A DNA stretch of 60,801 bases, filler included, from Dugesia japonica (GCA_001938525.1; 6 parts of 6 records of this genome joined end to end with filler, not necessarily neighbours in it), one strand, 5' to 3'; numbered from the whole stretch's first letter, positions 27,596 through 41,514 are shown. The notes: generated by a model not told the origin, from the sequence alone. Numbers and translations are program-made.

Positions 27596-30500
27596 CAGTG
27601 TTTCTCAAACTTGTTTTAACTATCGCCCCCTTAAGACACAATTTGATTTGCCCCCGCCCCCTAAAAATTATTTAATTGTATAATATACAAAATGTATTAA
27701 ATTACAAAATGTATTACATGTAAATTAATTTTAATGGTGCAGAACAATGTTTGATAAACTCAAATTTTATTCAGAACTTTTAATGAGATGAATGACACTG
27801 ATATTTCGCAACCAATTCACTCACTNTAGGATCGATGTTGCTTAGAAGTAGTCTCAAATCTCCCCTTTTTACAATTTGCAAACGATTTCTTTGCTTAGTA
27901 AGAAGTTTTAAAACTGCACTAAATCCGCATTCAGCCATGTTAGACGATGGGAAAGCAAGAAAATAAAGTTTAATTGCCTCCCACAAATTTGGATCTTTCA
28001 AGAATTTCTTTCTGCAACCAAAAATCCGCGTACGATTTTTTGAAGAGCGGTTTCAATTCAAAGTCGTTCTTTACAGCAATTAAGTCTTCTTGAATTACAA
28101 GATAAGTGTCAGTTCCACAAACATAAGTAAATGGATTTAGCACCCAGTCCGAGATTTCCATATTTATAAGATCTTGGTATCTTTCAATCATGTTCTCCTG
28201 TAGAGATTTCAAATGATCAAAATAAATCAAGAGGTCGTCATCTACTATACAAGTATCAGTGTCAGCAATTTGTAGTTTAAGAGTTGAAAAAATGAGACGA
28301 ATTCCACGACCAATATTTTCTCTGAAGAAACGCCGCTTTTCTATGAAATTACAAATTTTAGATTTTGCCTTAATGAGGCTTATATCATCACCTTGTAATT
28401 GCAAATTTAAATCATTGAATATACAGAAAAAATCAGTTAAATACGCAATATCTGTTTTGCATGCCAAGAGATCATCACCCAAATCACTGAATTTATTTTC
28501 CTGTAAAAATTGCACGACTGTGTCGAACAGAGAATAAAATTGTTTAAAACAATTTCCTTTGAATAACCATCTCACCTCGGTATGTAGAAGGAGACAGTCA
28601 AATTCTTTGTTATTCTCAATACACAATTGACGTAATATTCTAGAATTGATGGATTGATTCTTAATTTCATTCACTGATTTTACAACAATGCTGAGGGAAT
28701 TATGAAGACTACAGCTCACGTTTTTGGCAACCAAATGCTGTCGAAGAATTACACAATGTATCGTAAAAACGTTTGGTACTGCCTTTTTTAAATAAGAAAG
28801 AAATCCCTTGTTTTTCCTGTTAATGCAGGAGCACCATCTGTAGCACAAGTAATGATGTTTTTCACTAGTATATCTTGTTCTTTGAAGAGTTGTTCAACTG
28901 CCGTAAAAAAGACGCACCTCGAGTGTCTGTTTCCAACACCTTAGCAAACAGTAATTCTTNCATTACTTCATTATCTTTAATAAAACGAGTATAACCCTAG
29001 AGAAGTGCTTCATTGCCTGGTAGCGTAGATCATCCAGTTTTAGGTCAAATCTTTGTTTTTTCAGAATATCACACAAACTTTCTTCAATATCTCCAGCCAT
29101 TTCATCAATTCTTCTTCAAACATTATCATCACTGAGAGGAATAGATTTGGTGATGACACTTGGAGAGCTATGATGTACTAATGTGCGCAACACTTCTTCT
29201 ACGACAGGTAAAAAAGTTTCTCTCCAATTGAATGCGGATTCCCTGATTTAACAATTAGTTTGGAAATATTGTAAAAAAACGAGTCCATCGTCAGCTTTTT
29301 GTGTTTGTTTTGTCAGAAAAGAGATCATAGATTATCTTTGCCTTAATTTGTCTCTTAAATCTTGAAAGTACTATAGATCTTTGGTTCACCTTATCAGGAT
29401 NNNNNNNNNNNNNNNNNNNNNNNNNNNNNNNNNNNNNNNNNNNNNNNNNNTTCTTCTTCAAACATTATCATCACTGAGAGGAATAGATTTGGTGATGACA
29501 CTTGGAGAGCTATGATGTACTAATATGCGCAACACTTCTTCTACGACAGGTAAAAATGTTTCTCTCCAATTGAATGCGGATTCCCTGATTTAGCAATTAG
29601 TTTGGAAATATTGTAAAAAAACGAGTCCATCGTCAGCTTTTTGTGTTTGTTTTGTCAGAAAAGAGACGATAGATTATCTTTGCCTTAATTTGTCTCTTAA
29701 ATCTTGAAAGTACTATAGATCTTTGGTTCACCTTATCAGGATGCATTTTTAAGGTGGTCAGCGAGTCTTGATGGCTTCATCGCCTCGTTAGAAAGTTCTT
29801 TCTCACAAATAAGACACAAAGGCTTTTGATCATTATAGAGAAGCAGTAATAAAACCGAATTTCAAATATTCAACTGAATACTGTCTGCACCTTTTCTTTG
29901 ATGTGTTCTGAGACATAACTTTGGTAACCGAAAAAATCTGAANNNNNNNNNNNNNNNNNNNNNNNNNNNNNNNNNNNNNNNNNNNNNNNNNNNNNNNNNN
30001 NNNNNNNNNNNNNNNNNNNNNNNNNNNNNNNNNNNNNNNNNNNNNNNNNNNNNNNNTAAATAAATTGATAAATCGAATTCTTTTCATAACTCTATGACTT
30101 TTTTCCACCGGGTATATGACTCAAATTTCTCAAAAATTCTAGTAAAATAATATTCATAGAGATATCAAAAAAATACCACAGAAATTTGATAAAATTCTAT
30201 TCATAACTCTATGGCAGTAATTACTGGGCATCTCCGACGTCTGACACACAAATGACGATCTCTAACGTGATTGACTGTTCAGACAAAAGAAAAGGACGTA
30301 TCTAAAACTGGCATTTTCTCTCGCCAGATGTTTCAAGGACGCCTAAACTCTAAAGGAAGAAGACCTAGCAACCCCAACAGCACAGCCATAGAAAATTAAA
30401 TAGGATATCATAAAAATTTGATCAGCATTCTATGGGATTTTATTGAATTTTCTATTCCTTGCGCTACTGGAAACCCAATGTTAGACCCAAGACTGACTAA

Positions 30501-30752
30501 GGAAGTACACATTTGCTTGTATGAAAACCATGTTTTCAACAGCAACGATCGGTGTTGCAGGTTTGCCCGCATGCCGCGCGCAATAACTGCTGTGTAAATC
30601 CGCCTAGTCACAGAACAAGTAATAAATATAATTTGTTCAACGCCCCCTTCTGTACGTTCAACGCCCCCATGTAAGACGGAACTTCCTACCGCCCCCTTGC
30701 ACTTCTTTAGCGCCCCAAAAGGGGGCGATATGGACCACTTTGAGAAACACTA
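27596..30752 (-). mobile_element. hAT DNA transposon (Charlie/Buster, ZBED5/SCAND3-like) with disrupted transposase (ATG 29916 to stop 27780)
   Basis: TIRs CAGTGTTTCTCAAA (27596) and TTTGAGAAACACTA (to 30752), with perfect 8-bp TSD GTCTATAT (27588-27595, 30753-30760). BED finger RQYSVEYLKFGF..CLIC..NEAMKPSRLADHL, then TDGAP, IHCVILRQHL, LLLHTEVRWL, AYLTDFF and FPSSNMAECGFS, broken by frameshifts. Confidence 0.95.
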
Positions 30753-30785
30753 GTCTATATTGTCTTGCCTATATATATATACATA

Positions 30786-31180
30786 TAGGGTGTCTCATAT
30801 GCTTCCATACTTATGTGAAACAATAAATATTTATAAGAAAGGGAAACGATTTTTATTTCTATAGCATGCTCTATTTGGTCACCCTTGTTCTGAAAGCACA
30901 TTTTAAGTCGCATTATATACTGCTAAAGAACATGTGTATGTACAGCTGTAGTTATACTTGTAATGACGTTTGTGATCCGCTCTTTGAAAAGATTTATGTT
31001 TCGACTCTTTTCCTGATACAACATAGCTTGCAGATGGCTAAAAAGATAAAAATCAAATGGGCGAAAATCCGGGATCGGGAAGGCCATTGCACAAGACCAC
31101 GGGGATCTATCCAATCATCCGAAAGCTGATGATTAATTTTAAAATGTTTACGTATGTATGGAAACTTATGGGACACTCTG
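30786..31180 (-). mobile_element. Internally deleted Tc1/mariner-superfamily element (CAGGGTGTCC-type TIR)
   Basis: TAGGGTGTCTCATATGCTTCCATAC is inverted as GTATGGAAACTTATGGGACACTCTG, with TA flanks. The interior reads WID..G..QWPSRS/PDFRPFDFYLFSHLQAMLYQEK. Confidence 0.85.
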
Positions 31181-32592
31181 TATATTATTTATGTTTCCAA
31201 TACATTTCATTACACGAAAAGAAGAAATTGTTATTAAATAAATTTCGGATAATGAATTCGGAGAAATTCGGTTTGAAAATAAGAGAAGTTTATAATAAAA
31301 ACCAGTTCAACAGTTATTTCTTTTTATAATTATAGAACTTATAGAGTTTAAGTTTCAAAAGAAATTAAAAAATTAATGTAAATTAAAATTTTTTAATTTT
31401 CTTTTTATTTTTTTTTGAAAATCAAAATGAAATTTAAATTTATCAAGTAATCTAAAATTAATTATAATTGTAAAAAAAAGTAGAAAAGTTTTATTAATAG
31501 GTTGCTGCAATTATTTAATTAGTAAAAATGAAAGAAAATACTCGAATCTTTCAATGATTGAAAATAAATAAATAAATAAATAAATAAATAGAAAATGGAA
31601 AAAAATAATTTGTCTTGTTTCAAACAAATAATTCTTTCTGTTTTTTTTCATCCTTAAAAATTCAACTGTAAATTATCTAGACAATGTTTTTTTGATCAAA
31701 AAAAAACTTCAATTAAACAACGAAATCAAGCATTCTAATGAACAGAGAATTAACGATCCAATTAATAAAAAATTAATTTATATTTTATCTATAAATTAAA
31801 TAATAAATTTGAATTAATTAAATTTATAGAATTTTACTGGAGATTAATTTACAACAAAACTCAGATAATAAAGAAAGCTTATTTTTGATATTAACAATAA
31901 AAATAAAACAAATAAAATTCCTTTAATAGCAAAATTTTATTTGCTAGGTGAGTCTAAGATGTTCACTGTGTATTCATAAATTATTTTTTAAAAAAATAAA
32001 AGATAATGATTTATAAAGATTTTTCAAATAAATTAAACAAAACTCAAAAATTTTTGATTAAAAATATTTCAATATTTTATTATTTTCGATTTAACTTCAA
32101 TAATTTCAAATTAAGTGTTTATATTTTAACTTTTAATAGTTATATTAATTTTTATTTTTTATATCTTAACATTTTTTCTATTAGTTATATTTCATTAATT
32201 TAAACATCTTCAAGTTTTATATTTTTAAAAATTTTCAAAAAGTTTTTTCCAAAATTCCAAAAAATTTGACTATATAATTAAACATAATAAAAATATGAAT
32301 TTATTACAAAAGAGAATAAAATTTTTTTAATTCATCCTATGCAGAATTTGTTTATTTTTATTTAAATTTTAGTGAATTTCTACAACTTTTAAATTCTACT
32401 AGGTGGTGTATGAGCGGCAAGCGGCAACGTGATCATCATTATATTTTAACAAAACAAAGATAAAAATATATATAACTAGTAAGTAAATGTGAGTGCATGT
32501 CCACAGGTCCTCTCCCTTTAGCAGTAAGAGATAACACGTGCGGTATTAAACGGTTTTGGTTATCGTGGATTTATTGATGGATAATTTTTTGA

Positions 32593-32787
32593 TCGGATCA
32601 GATTTTTGATCATATCAAATTCGAACCAGAGTTATTTCCTGCTTTAAGACTTGTAAAATATGACCCTTTATGTGTNAATGTATTCTCAACAGGAAAACTA
32701 GTAATACTTGGACTTAAAAGTTTGAATTTCGAAGAATATGTGGATAACATTATATCAGATTTATTCAATTTGATTGAAAATCTTTAA
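32593..32787 (+). pseudogene. TATA-box-binding protein (TBP)-like single-repeat fragment
   Basis: The open frame SDQIFDHIKFEPELFPALRLVKYDPLCVNVFSTGKLVILGLKSLNFEEYVDNIISDLFNLIENL* matches the TBP repeat signature YEPELFPGL...IFVSGKVVLTGAK. The N-terminal part is absent, with an in-frame TGA at 32590. Confidence 0.7.
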
Positions 32788-33720
32788 GAAATATGCAATA
32801 CTGATGCAAAACAAGTATATTTCAAGTACAAATAATATTAATTTAAATTTATATATTTAATTTTCAAATAATTAAATAAATATGTTTTGGTTTTTTATTA
32901 TGCATATATAATATATTATATTTTCATTATCCTTTCTCGAAAAATATTAATCAAGAAGAAGCAACAGTTAGCAAAGAAGAAGTTAATAAAGAAAGTTTTA
33001 TTATAGAAGAAGAAGAATTATTTGTTTATGAGAAAAGTTGGTTTTATTTTATCATTAATATTTTTTTATTGATTTTATTTTAGATATACCTAAGAGGATT
33101 CTTTCGCACAATAAATGGGGCCTCAAAGGAATGGTCGCAACTTCAATATTGGGAGAAGATCAATTTCCAATTACAAATAGACATGGAAAAAGTGATACAA
33201 AAATACGTGGAAGATTTCCCAGGCTGTTTGATAATGACGGATCAAATAGCTCGGACAAATTCGAAAAGAAAATGCTTAGAAGTATTACAAAAAATGATAA
33301 GAAGAAGAAGATCTGAAAATAATTATATAAATGTAAAAACCGGCCCTCTTTAGGGCTACAAATCTTGATGGTTAATCGTTTCAAATTTATTAAAAATGTT
33401 GACTTAACTAAATGTATTTTAACCAAATCAACTTGTGAATGTACAAACCGGTTCTCTTTAGTGAAAGAAATTGTTGCATTTTTAAAAAATTTAATAAAAT
33501 TGTTGCTTTTAATAAAAGTTTAATAATGAAATTGTTTCTTTTTATAAAAATTTAATAAAAATGTAGTAATGAAAAATTTGTTAAACTAAAAAAGAATTTA
33601 CTTATCTAAACATTTGGCACGTTTTCATAATAATAAAATATATACGTTGTAAGTAGTTTCATCAGAATCTTCTATTTTGTTATTTGGTTCCATAAAAATT
33701 AACACTTGAGTTGTAAAAAA

Positions 33721-33820
33721 NNNNNNNNNNNNNNNNNNNNNNNNNNNNNNNNNNNNNNNNNNNNTTAATTAATTAANNNNNNNNNNNNNNNNNNNNNNNN
33801 NNNNNNNNNNNNNNNNNNNN
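33721..33820. other. Assembly linker N44-TTAATTAATTAA-N44 (12-mers also at 16276, 24769, 42058, 52413)
   Basis: The same 12-mer, with stops in all six frames, sits centred in 100-nt N blocks five times. Confidence 0.95.
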
Positions 33821-33822
33821 CT

Positions 33823-33972
33823 GTAATTGAAAGTGGAAGTTTTGAAGATGTCTTTCCTATAAATTCAATTTCTGAATCTCAAAGTGATGTAGAGTTGTTT
33901 TTAAATGGATCTCAAACAGAATATTTAGATTTGAATGATACTTTATTGTATATTTAAGTAAAGGTGGTTGAT
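33823..33972 (+). mobile_element. Maverick/Polinton major capsid protein N-terminal fragment
   Basis: VIESGSFEDVFPINSISESQSDVELFLNGSQTEYLDLNDTLLYI*VKVVD matches the Maverick MCP pattern IE.G...E..PI.S......IEF.I.GS...YIDL..T.LY...KI. There is an in-frame stop at 33955. Confidence 0.75.
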
Positions 33973-36900
33973 ATTTAAACAATCAATAAATATATTGATT
34001 TTTTAATTTCACAATACTATAATTATATTTGAAAGTAAAAATGGTGAGTTTATTTCTTTATATTACAATTTTTATTTAAATTAAATTTTAATTAGATTTT
34101 TTTATAAGATAATTTAATTTATTATTAATTGAAAATTAGGTAAATATATTAAAAGGTTCCATTAATGTATGGTCAATGTCATTTAAAAGTTCCATTAATA
34201 CGGTCAAAAATGTGACAAAGATGTCTAATATGTGTTAAATATCATATAATATGTTATGTATTGAATAAATAACAGTTGCGTTGGAATTCCTTACAATTTT
34301 GTGGATCTGAGTCTAGTTAACTATTGACGATGATGACTAATTATTCTTAAACAATTACAGCGGTATTCAATTTATGTGCGGATGTGAACGGATGGAAGCA
34401 TTGCTTCCAGAGATGCACATACCATAATCCAGCTAAGCCTTGTTCAAACTACACAAGCTGATCGATAAAATCAATTATGAACGGACTCGAATTGGATGCA
34501 AAAGATCCTGATGGATTTGCTATGTTGAACTGTACATGTTGGAGGATGTAATGTATTGGTGTGGAAGGTAAACAAGATTGTTGCTGAAACAGTGCATGAA
34601 AATAATTGATTATTAATAATTTATTTGTTTAAACTAATTAAATTTAAAAAAATAAATAAAAGAAAGAGAAAAGGAAAAGAAAAATATTTTTAAATTTACC
34701 GCCGAAAAAAAGAAAATATTAAAAAAATTTTAATTTCCCGCAAAAAGAAAATTTGATTCGATCAAAATTCTTAAATCCACGATAACTGGTAACGTGTACG
34801 GTTTATGTGAGTGCACTGGATCACTATTATCCCGGCTAAAAATAAAATATGTTTTGAATTTTCCGCCAAAATAAATTTTAAAATTAAAACAAAATTTGAT
34901 TTCCTTGCAACTGATTGAAGCACAGTTTAAAGGCACAGATTAAAGCACAGACCCTTTTTGTGCTACCTGTTCTATGAGTTGTTCTATGGGTTATCGTAGA
35001 TCGGAAAAACATATCACCTGTTCTACGATTTGTTTGAAATGATTAATGAACAATGAAAACTAATTTTAATCAGATTAATTTAAATTGTGTTTCTATTTAA
35101 ACGTTTATAACCAGAATGAATTGAGCAATAGTTTCTGAAGAAGGCATAGCCAAAATATTGAACCATCTATGAAAATAGAAAAACATTGTTTTTTTCTTTG
35201 CAGTTGAAAATTAATTTTATTTAAATTTGTTTTTCAAAATATTTGAGATATATTTTTCATGTGTGTTTAGTTGGGAATTTAATGGTGAAGTTGAATGAAG
35301 TCGATTTTTGGTTGGTCCAGTTAAATTCAAAGTGGTCGGTTTGGGTAATTTTTGGATGTTTTGATCGAATGTGGTCAGTTTTTGATTAGTTTAGGTGAAA
35401 TTGGTCTAATTTTTCCTCAGGATTGGTAACTTTTGAGCGATTCGGTCAAATCTTTTATCGGTTTTGTTCAGTTTGGTTAATTTGTTCGTGATTTGGTCAA
35501 TTATTTAATCAATTTAGATAATATTTGTCATATGATTTCATTTTAGAATTGGAATTGAAGTTTTCATCTAACAGAAACAAGACTTATTATGAGATCCTAA
35601 AGGAGTCCATACTTGCAGCAGCTGAAGAATATGAAAATTAGTTGTATTGTTTTATTAATATATGTTATTTTAGAAAATTGTTTTTTTATAATTATTTTAT
35701 TAATGTAAATAGATTTTATAAGTAGTAAATAAAAAATGTAAAAATATTAATTAATGCAATAGGGATGCAACTCAAATGCAACACATGAGCAACACACAAT
35801 CACCAAAAATTACATTTCAAATAATTTTTAATAGTTTTTAATATCATAAAACCATTAAATATACTTGAAAGTCATTTTTACAACACAAAAGCTGCATTTA
35901 TGCATCACAAACATTTTAGCTTATTTAGCACCTTATAGACCGATTTTGATAGCAAACTCAAATATATTATCGAAACCTAAAAATTATCACATGACACTCA
36001 TTCTGTCACGATTTTCAATTAAAAAATATACACGTTTACACACACATGCACCATCACCTCCAAAATACCAAACTTTATATCGTCACATGTACCTTGTGAT
36101 CCTCTTTCATTCAAAGTAAAGATCGTCCCAATCCAACAGTAAATTGCAACACTAGACTCATTAAACCGAAATCCGATAACACGTCACTGTAACCAACAGG
36201 AACGCTTTTGTAAAACGTTATGTATGACATTGTATACAGATTTTATAAACCATATCTAAACAACGCATCAAAATCCTCAAAAAATAAAAAAAGATAAAAA
36301 AGATAGAGGAAAGAAAATGAAGAAAAGAAAAAAGCCAAAAAAGTTGTAAGATTTTAATTTTTTGTTAAATTTATTTGTTAATTAAAACAAGAACTAAGTC
36401 ATACGGTTGACTGGACACCATGTTATCACTGTTTTCTTTGAAATAAACAAAACAAATTTTTCCGCTAAATTAACTTACGACTTAGTTAAAACAATAAATA
36501 GTTGATGCAAGCTCATGTCCCGAGTATCTCTTAACCTTACCCAACCCCTTCCATCCCTCCCCAGCATTCAAAACAATTAAACAGCACTAAAAATCAATTC
36601 AAAATCAATAATCAATCAAATGTGAAAATCAATAATCAATCAGGTCAAAAATCAATAATCAATTATCGATCTGCGCGGGGGTGCGCGATAACTCATTTTG
36701 CGGTCATACGCTTACATTTANNNNNNNNNNNNNNNNNNNNNNNNNNNNNNNNNNNNNNNNNNNNNNNNNNNNNNNNNNNNNNNNNNNNNNNNNNNNNNNN
36801 NNNNNNNNNNNNNNNNNNNNNNNNNNNNNNNNNNNNNNNNNNNNNNNNNNNNNNNNNNNNNNNNNNNNNNNNNNNNNNNNNNNNNNNNNNNNNNNNNNNN

Positions 36901-37479
36901 NNNNNNNNNNNNNNNNNNNNNNNNNNNNNNNNNNNNNNNNNNNNNNNNNNNNNNNNNNAAATTTATGTAGATTAGAAAATGATAGTGATATTTTGAAAAT
37001 TATTCATTTATTAATCGACACCTTGAAAGTTCGTTTCTTCTTCGCAAAATATCATAATCGAATTACGATAAATCATAATAGTAGAAATTTAATCTTCTTA
37101 ATTACCGTAATGAAGCATGTGCCAATTTTAATATCACATTATTTTCAATATAATAAAAAGCGTAGATAAAAAAGATATCTGTAAAAATAGACCAAACGAA
37201 CAAAATGATTTTATTCAGATTATACTATTTAAACAAAGATTTAAGCAATTTTACTGAATATAAGACTATAATCATAATTCTTGATTTTAATAATTTTTCC
37301 AATAAAAACTTTGTTTATATTCTAATAAATTTTTTTATAACAATATTTTATTAAAATTGCTATTTTATAAAAACCTTTAAAAAATATGAAAATATATAAA
37401 AATTTCAAAAATTAAAAAAAATTTTATATCTAAAAAATTTTAATCAATTTAGTCGACAGAGTTGTCTGTACATTAATGC

Positions 37480-37790
37480 ATGGATTATGAAATCTAATAA
37501 CGCCTCGTAAAACTATTTCTCCCACTAATTTTTAAATTGCTTGAAACAGGATATTAGTGATTTTAGATTGTTGTAGGGTATTTAGAATAAAGAGTTTAGT
37601 GTTTGTAAATTTGACAAAGATAATGGCTTAATATTTTTTAATGATTTTGATTATGTGGCCAAGATGGAAGCAATTTTAAATGGTCCACAGTTTTTAAAGA
37701 TCAACCAAATGCGGAAAAATGGAAAATTACCACTAATGAAAGATGAGGAATATTTAAATGAATCGATTAATAATCTAATCTGAAATTGAC
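37480..37790 (+). mobile_element. Penelope-like RT N-terminal (DKG region) fragment
   Basis: VCKFDKDNGLIFFNDFDYVAKMEAILNGPQFLKI matches the K.DKGN..V.....DY..KM..IL.D..F motif. Confidence 0.65.
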
Positions 37791-40689
37791 ATAATTACAA
37801 TTATTACGAGAAAGGTTTTCGAACATAACCATTATCGCATTTGAGATTTCATTAAAATAAAGAAAAACCTTCGATCAAAATAAAATGTATTTTTATAGAA
37901 ATTCGAATTTTTGACAATTGTCTTCTTCAGAAATATAAGGACTTTTTAATAGATTCAAACGATAATAGATCTTTGTTACAAAATTCTCTATATTTTAAAA
38001 AGAATTTATTGGTTTATTTAAATTATAAGTTTGTATTTTAATTTATACATCAAAATGTTTTAATTAAATCGAAAAATCTCTCAAATATTTAATAATTAGT
38101 TGGGTTTTTATATTGTTTTAATATAATTTTTAAATATTTGAAATTTCTAAAATTTTATCAATTATAATTATTATAAATAAGTATAATTTTATTCAATTTA
38201 ATTGTTATTATTATTGACTCTTATATTATTTTTGAAAACTAATTATATAAAATTATTATTATAATGAAAATATTTAATTTTTTAATTCACTGATCAAATG
38301 TTAAAAATTTTAAAAAAGTAAATAATTTAACAAAGTGTAATTTTCACAATAAACAAAAATTATTATTAGTATTATTACTTTTTTATTTAGGATTCTCTAA
38401 AAGTGAAAACTAGTGTTAACGACTTATACATATCTGAGATTAGTGACAGTGATCAAAAGACTCTTACTGAACTATTTGTAAGACCGTTCACATCCGGTCT
38501 CAAATATACATCGCTACAACTATTTAACCTTTATAAAATGAAAAACAGTTAGTCATCAATACCAATATTTGGCTAGACACAGATTCACAATTTCGCAAAA
38601 TTATCAGAAATGCAAAGTCAATTGTCATCAATTCAATATTATTATTAAGTAAATCTTTTAATTAAATTATTACATAAAATCATTACTTATTATCATTAAA
38701 GAAAAGCATTACTAAAAATTCATTAAGTTAAATCCTTAAAGAAAATTATTACCGTTTAATAAATATTAATCATAAATTATTAAATATATCCTTACTTATT
38801 GTCAAAGATCGTAAAAATTCATAATAAGTTTTTATATTTCCAGTAGCATTAATCATAATTCATATCATTAAGAATTCATAACTTATACAATTATTATTTA
38901 ATAAAAATCATTACCATTTTAATAAAAATAATTACCGTTAAATAAAAATTTATTGCCGTTTAATTTAAATAAAATTACCTCCTTACTTATAATTCATAAA
39001 AATTCATAAGTTTTCATATTTTAAATAATTTATAAGAAGTTTTCATATTTTCAATAGCATTCATTCATAATAATTTCCATTAAAACTATTTGACATTCAT
39101 TTCATAAATAAATCTAAAATAAAATTAAATAATTTAACTAATTAAATATATACTTACTATAAATTCAACTTAGAAATAATGATGGAATAGTTAGTATATC
39201 TTGGTTATATGCAATCGATGCACACAGTATTTCATATGCAACCCTATTTATTTAATATGGTAAATTAAATTATAATTCAATAAATAATTAATTGTTAGCC
39301 ATGTGTTAAAATTAAATATTGCTTAACAAAAATTCATTTATTAATTATAAATTTATGACTTAAGATTTTAAATTATGAATTTTAAACTGATAAATTTTGA
39401 TTCATAATAATTTTAAGCTTTTAAATGGTTAGTCATATGACTTTTAAGGGGTTAGATTTTATTTTATATTAATTTCAAGCTGATAAATTTTAATTCATAT
39501 TAGTTTTAAGATTGTGAACTTTAAGTTACAAGTTCAAAGCATATAAATTATAATTGGCAAAACTTATTTGTTGTATATTTTATGTGATGTTTATTTAAGT
39601 TGTATTTTCAATGAGTGATGCTGTATAATATGTGATGAATCCAATATTTTTTCATGTTGATGTATCTATTTTCTATGTTGAAGTGTCAGTTTTATATGAC
39701 CAAGTAAACTGTTTTCCATGTTGAAGTCATTATTTTCAATAATGAAACCTATATATTTCCATGTTGACTTAGAAATTTTATAAATAAACAAAATAAATCT
39801 TTCAAAATAACTAAACTTATGAAATCATATAGACTCATTGACACTTTTTAACTTAATAAACATAAAAAATCATATACATCAAACATTAATATTATCCAGG
39901 GGAAAATCCAACATTAATATTGTCCAGTGTAAAACACTACATTTAATCACATAATTTTCTAAGCCAAAACATAAAAATTACAAAGATGTCATTAAAATCT
40001 TTTATAAATTACATTGAAATCAAAAAAAGCTTTAAAACATTACAAGAAGTATTTGAAAACTATCTAAAAATTACTAGACGTCGCAGAAATATTTCTACGG
40101 TTTACTAGAAGTATAGTTAACTAATTAGACATTTACTAGAAATTATGGACATTTTTCTGAAATATACTTTAAGATAAAACATTTTCAAAAATTACATAAA
40201 CAAAGTTTTTAAAATCTCATGTAAAATATAGGGAAAATAATTAAAATATTACATAGAAGTCAATGAAAATTTATAAAAGTTACTTAGAAGTCATTTAAAC
40301 TTTTCAAATCTCAATGAAAAGGATCGAATATTTACTAGATACCAATAAACTTTTTCAAATAACTGTTTTTTATCTTATAAAGGTTAGACAGTTGTAGCGA
40401 TGTATATTTGAGACCGGATGTAAACGGTCGGAATTATTGCTGCCTGAGATGCTCATACTGTAATCAAACTTAGTCTAGTTAAAACTACACAAGCTGATTG
40501 ATAAGTTCAATTATGAACGGACTCGATTGGATGCTAACGGATCTTGATGGATTTGCTTCATCGGACTGTACATGTTGGAAAAAGAAATGTAATGGTATGG
40601 AATGAAAACAAGACTTATATTGAAACAATGTATGAAAATAATTTTAATGATATTATTGATTTTAACTTAAATATATAAATATTAACAAT

Positions 40690-41514
40690 GATTTTCCTTG
40701 GGTGAGCACCTAATATTAATGAGCCAGAGATTGTCTAATGCCGGAGCATCTAATAGTATGTTCAGGGAGCATCTAATGTCGAGTGCAGTCAAAAGTGTGA
40801 ACCCATAGACATCTCATAGTTTAAACATTGGACAACTAATGTTTCCAATGATAATCTCATAGTTTGATCCCTGGAATATCTAATATTTAAGCTGCTCGAA
40901 GAAACTTAGGTTAACTGTCTAAATGTTTCAACATTTTGGTTAATTTAAATAAAATTAGGCGTTCTTACCGATTTTAGTTTAAACCCATTAAAAATCATTA
41001 ATTTCAATTAATTTAAACAAAAGTTTCATATAAATCTTTTAATATTAATGTCATTCATTAGATCTAATGTTCATGTTAATATTGTCTGGCGCCATTAATA
41101 TTAACAAAGATATTGTCCGGCGCTACTAATGTTAATATTACCTAGGAGGAAATTTTCTTTAAAAATCATTCATTGTACATAGTTTAAACAAGAAATCATT
41201 AATTTCAGTTAATTAAACAAAAATAAGTAATTTTACTGAATTTAAGCAAAAGTCATTAATGTCATCTCGTTTTAACAAAAGGTCATAAATATCCATTAAA
41301 TTAAACAAAAAATAATTATTCCGTAATTACGACGTAANGATGACGTTATTAACACGCACAATTGCAACCAATCAAATTGCATTATTACTGTGCCAATTAC
41401 GTAACCATACATCTAAAATTTTAGGAAACATGTGTGCGACCAATCAAATTCACGCGCCAAAAAAAATTCTACCTCGGAGGTGATTGTGGGGCAGTGCGCG
41501 AGTTTCTATCTACT
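40690..41514. mobile_element. Putative Maverick-like terminal region ending CTATCTACT
   Basis: Shares GAGCATCTAAT, TAATATTG.CC.G and TTAATTTAAACAA subrepeats with 2840-3305 and 9770-10121. It has CCAATCA boxes and a GC-rich tail ending CTATCTACT (AGTAGATAG on the other strand). Confidence 0.45.

Noticed and set aside
28259-28537. Antisense ORFs over transposase, tubulin or pol (also 51472-51699, 53841-54233, 55460-55699)
   Set aside because: These are shadow frames of real coding sequence on the other strand.
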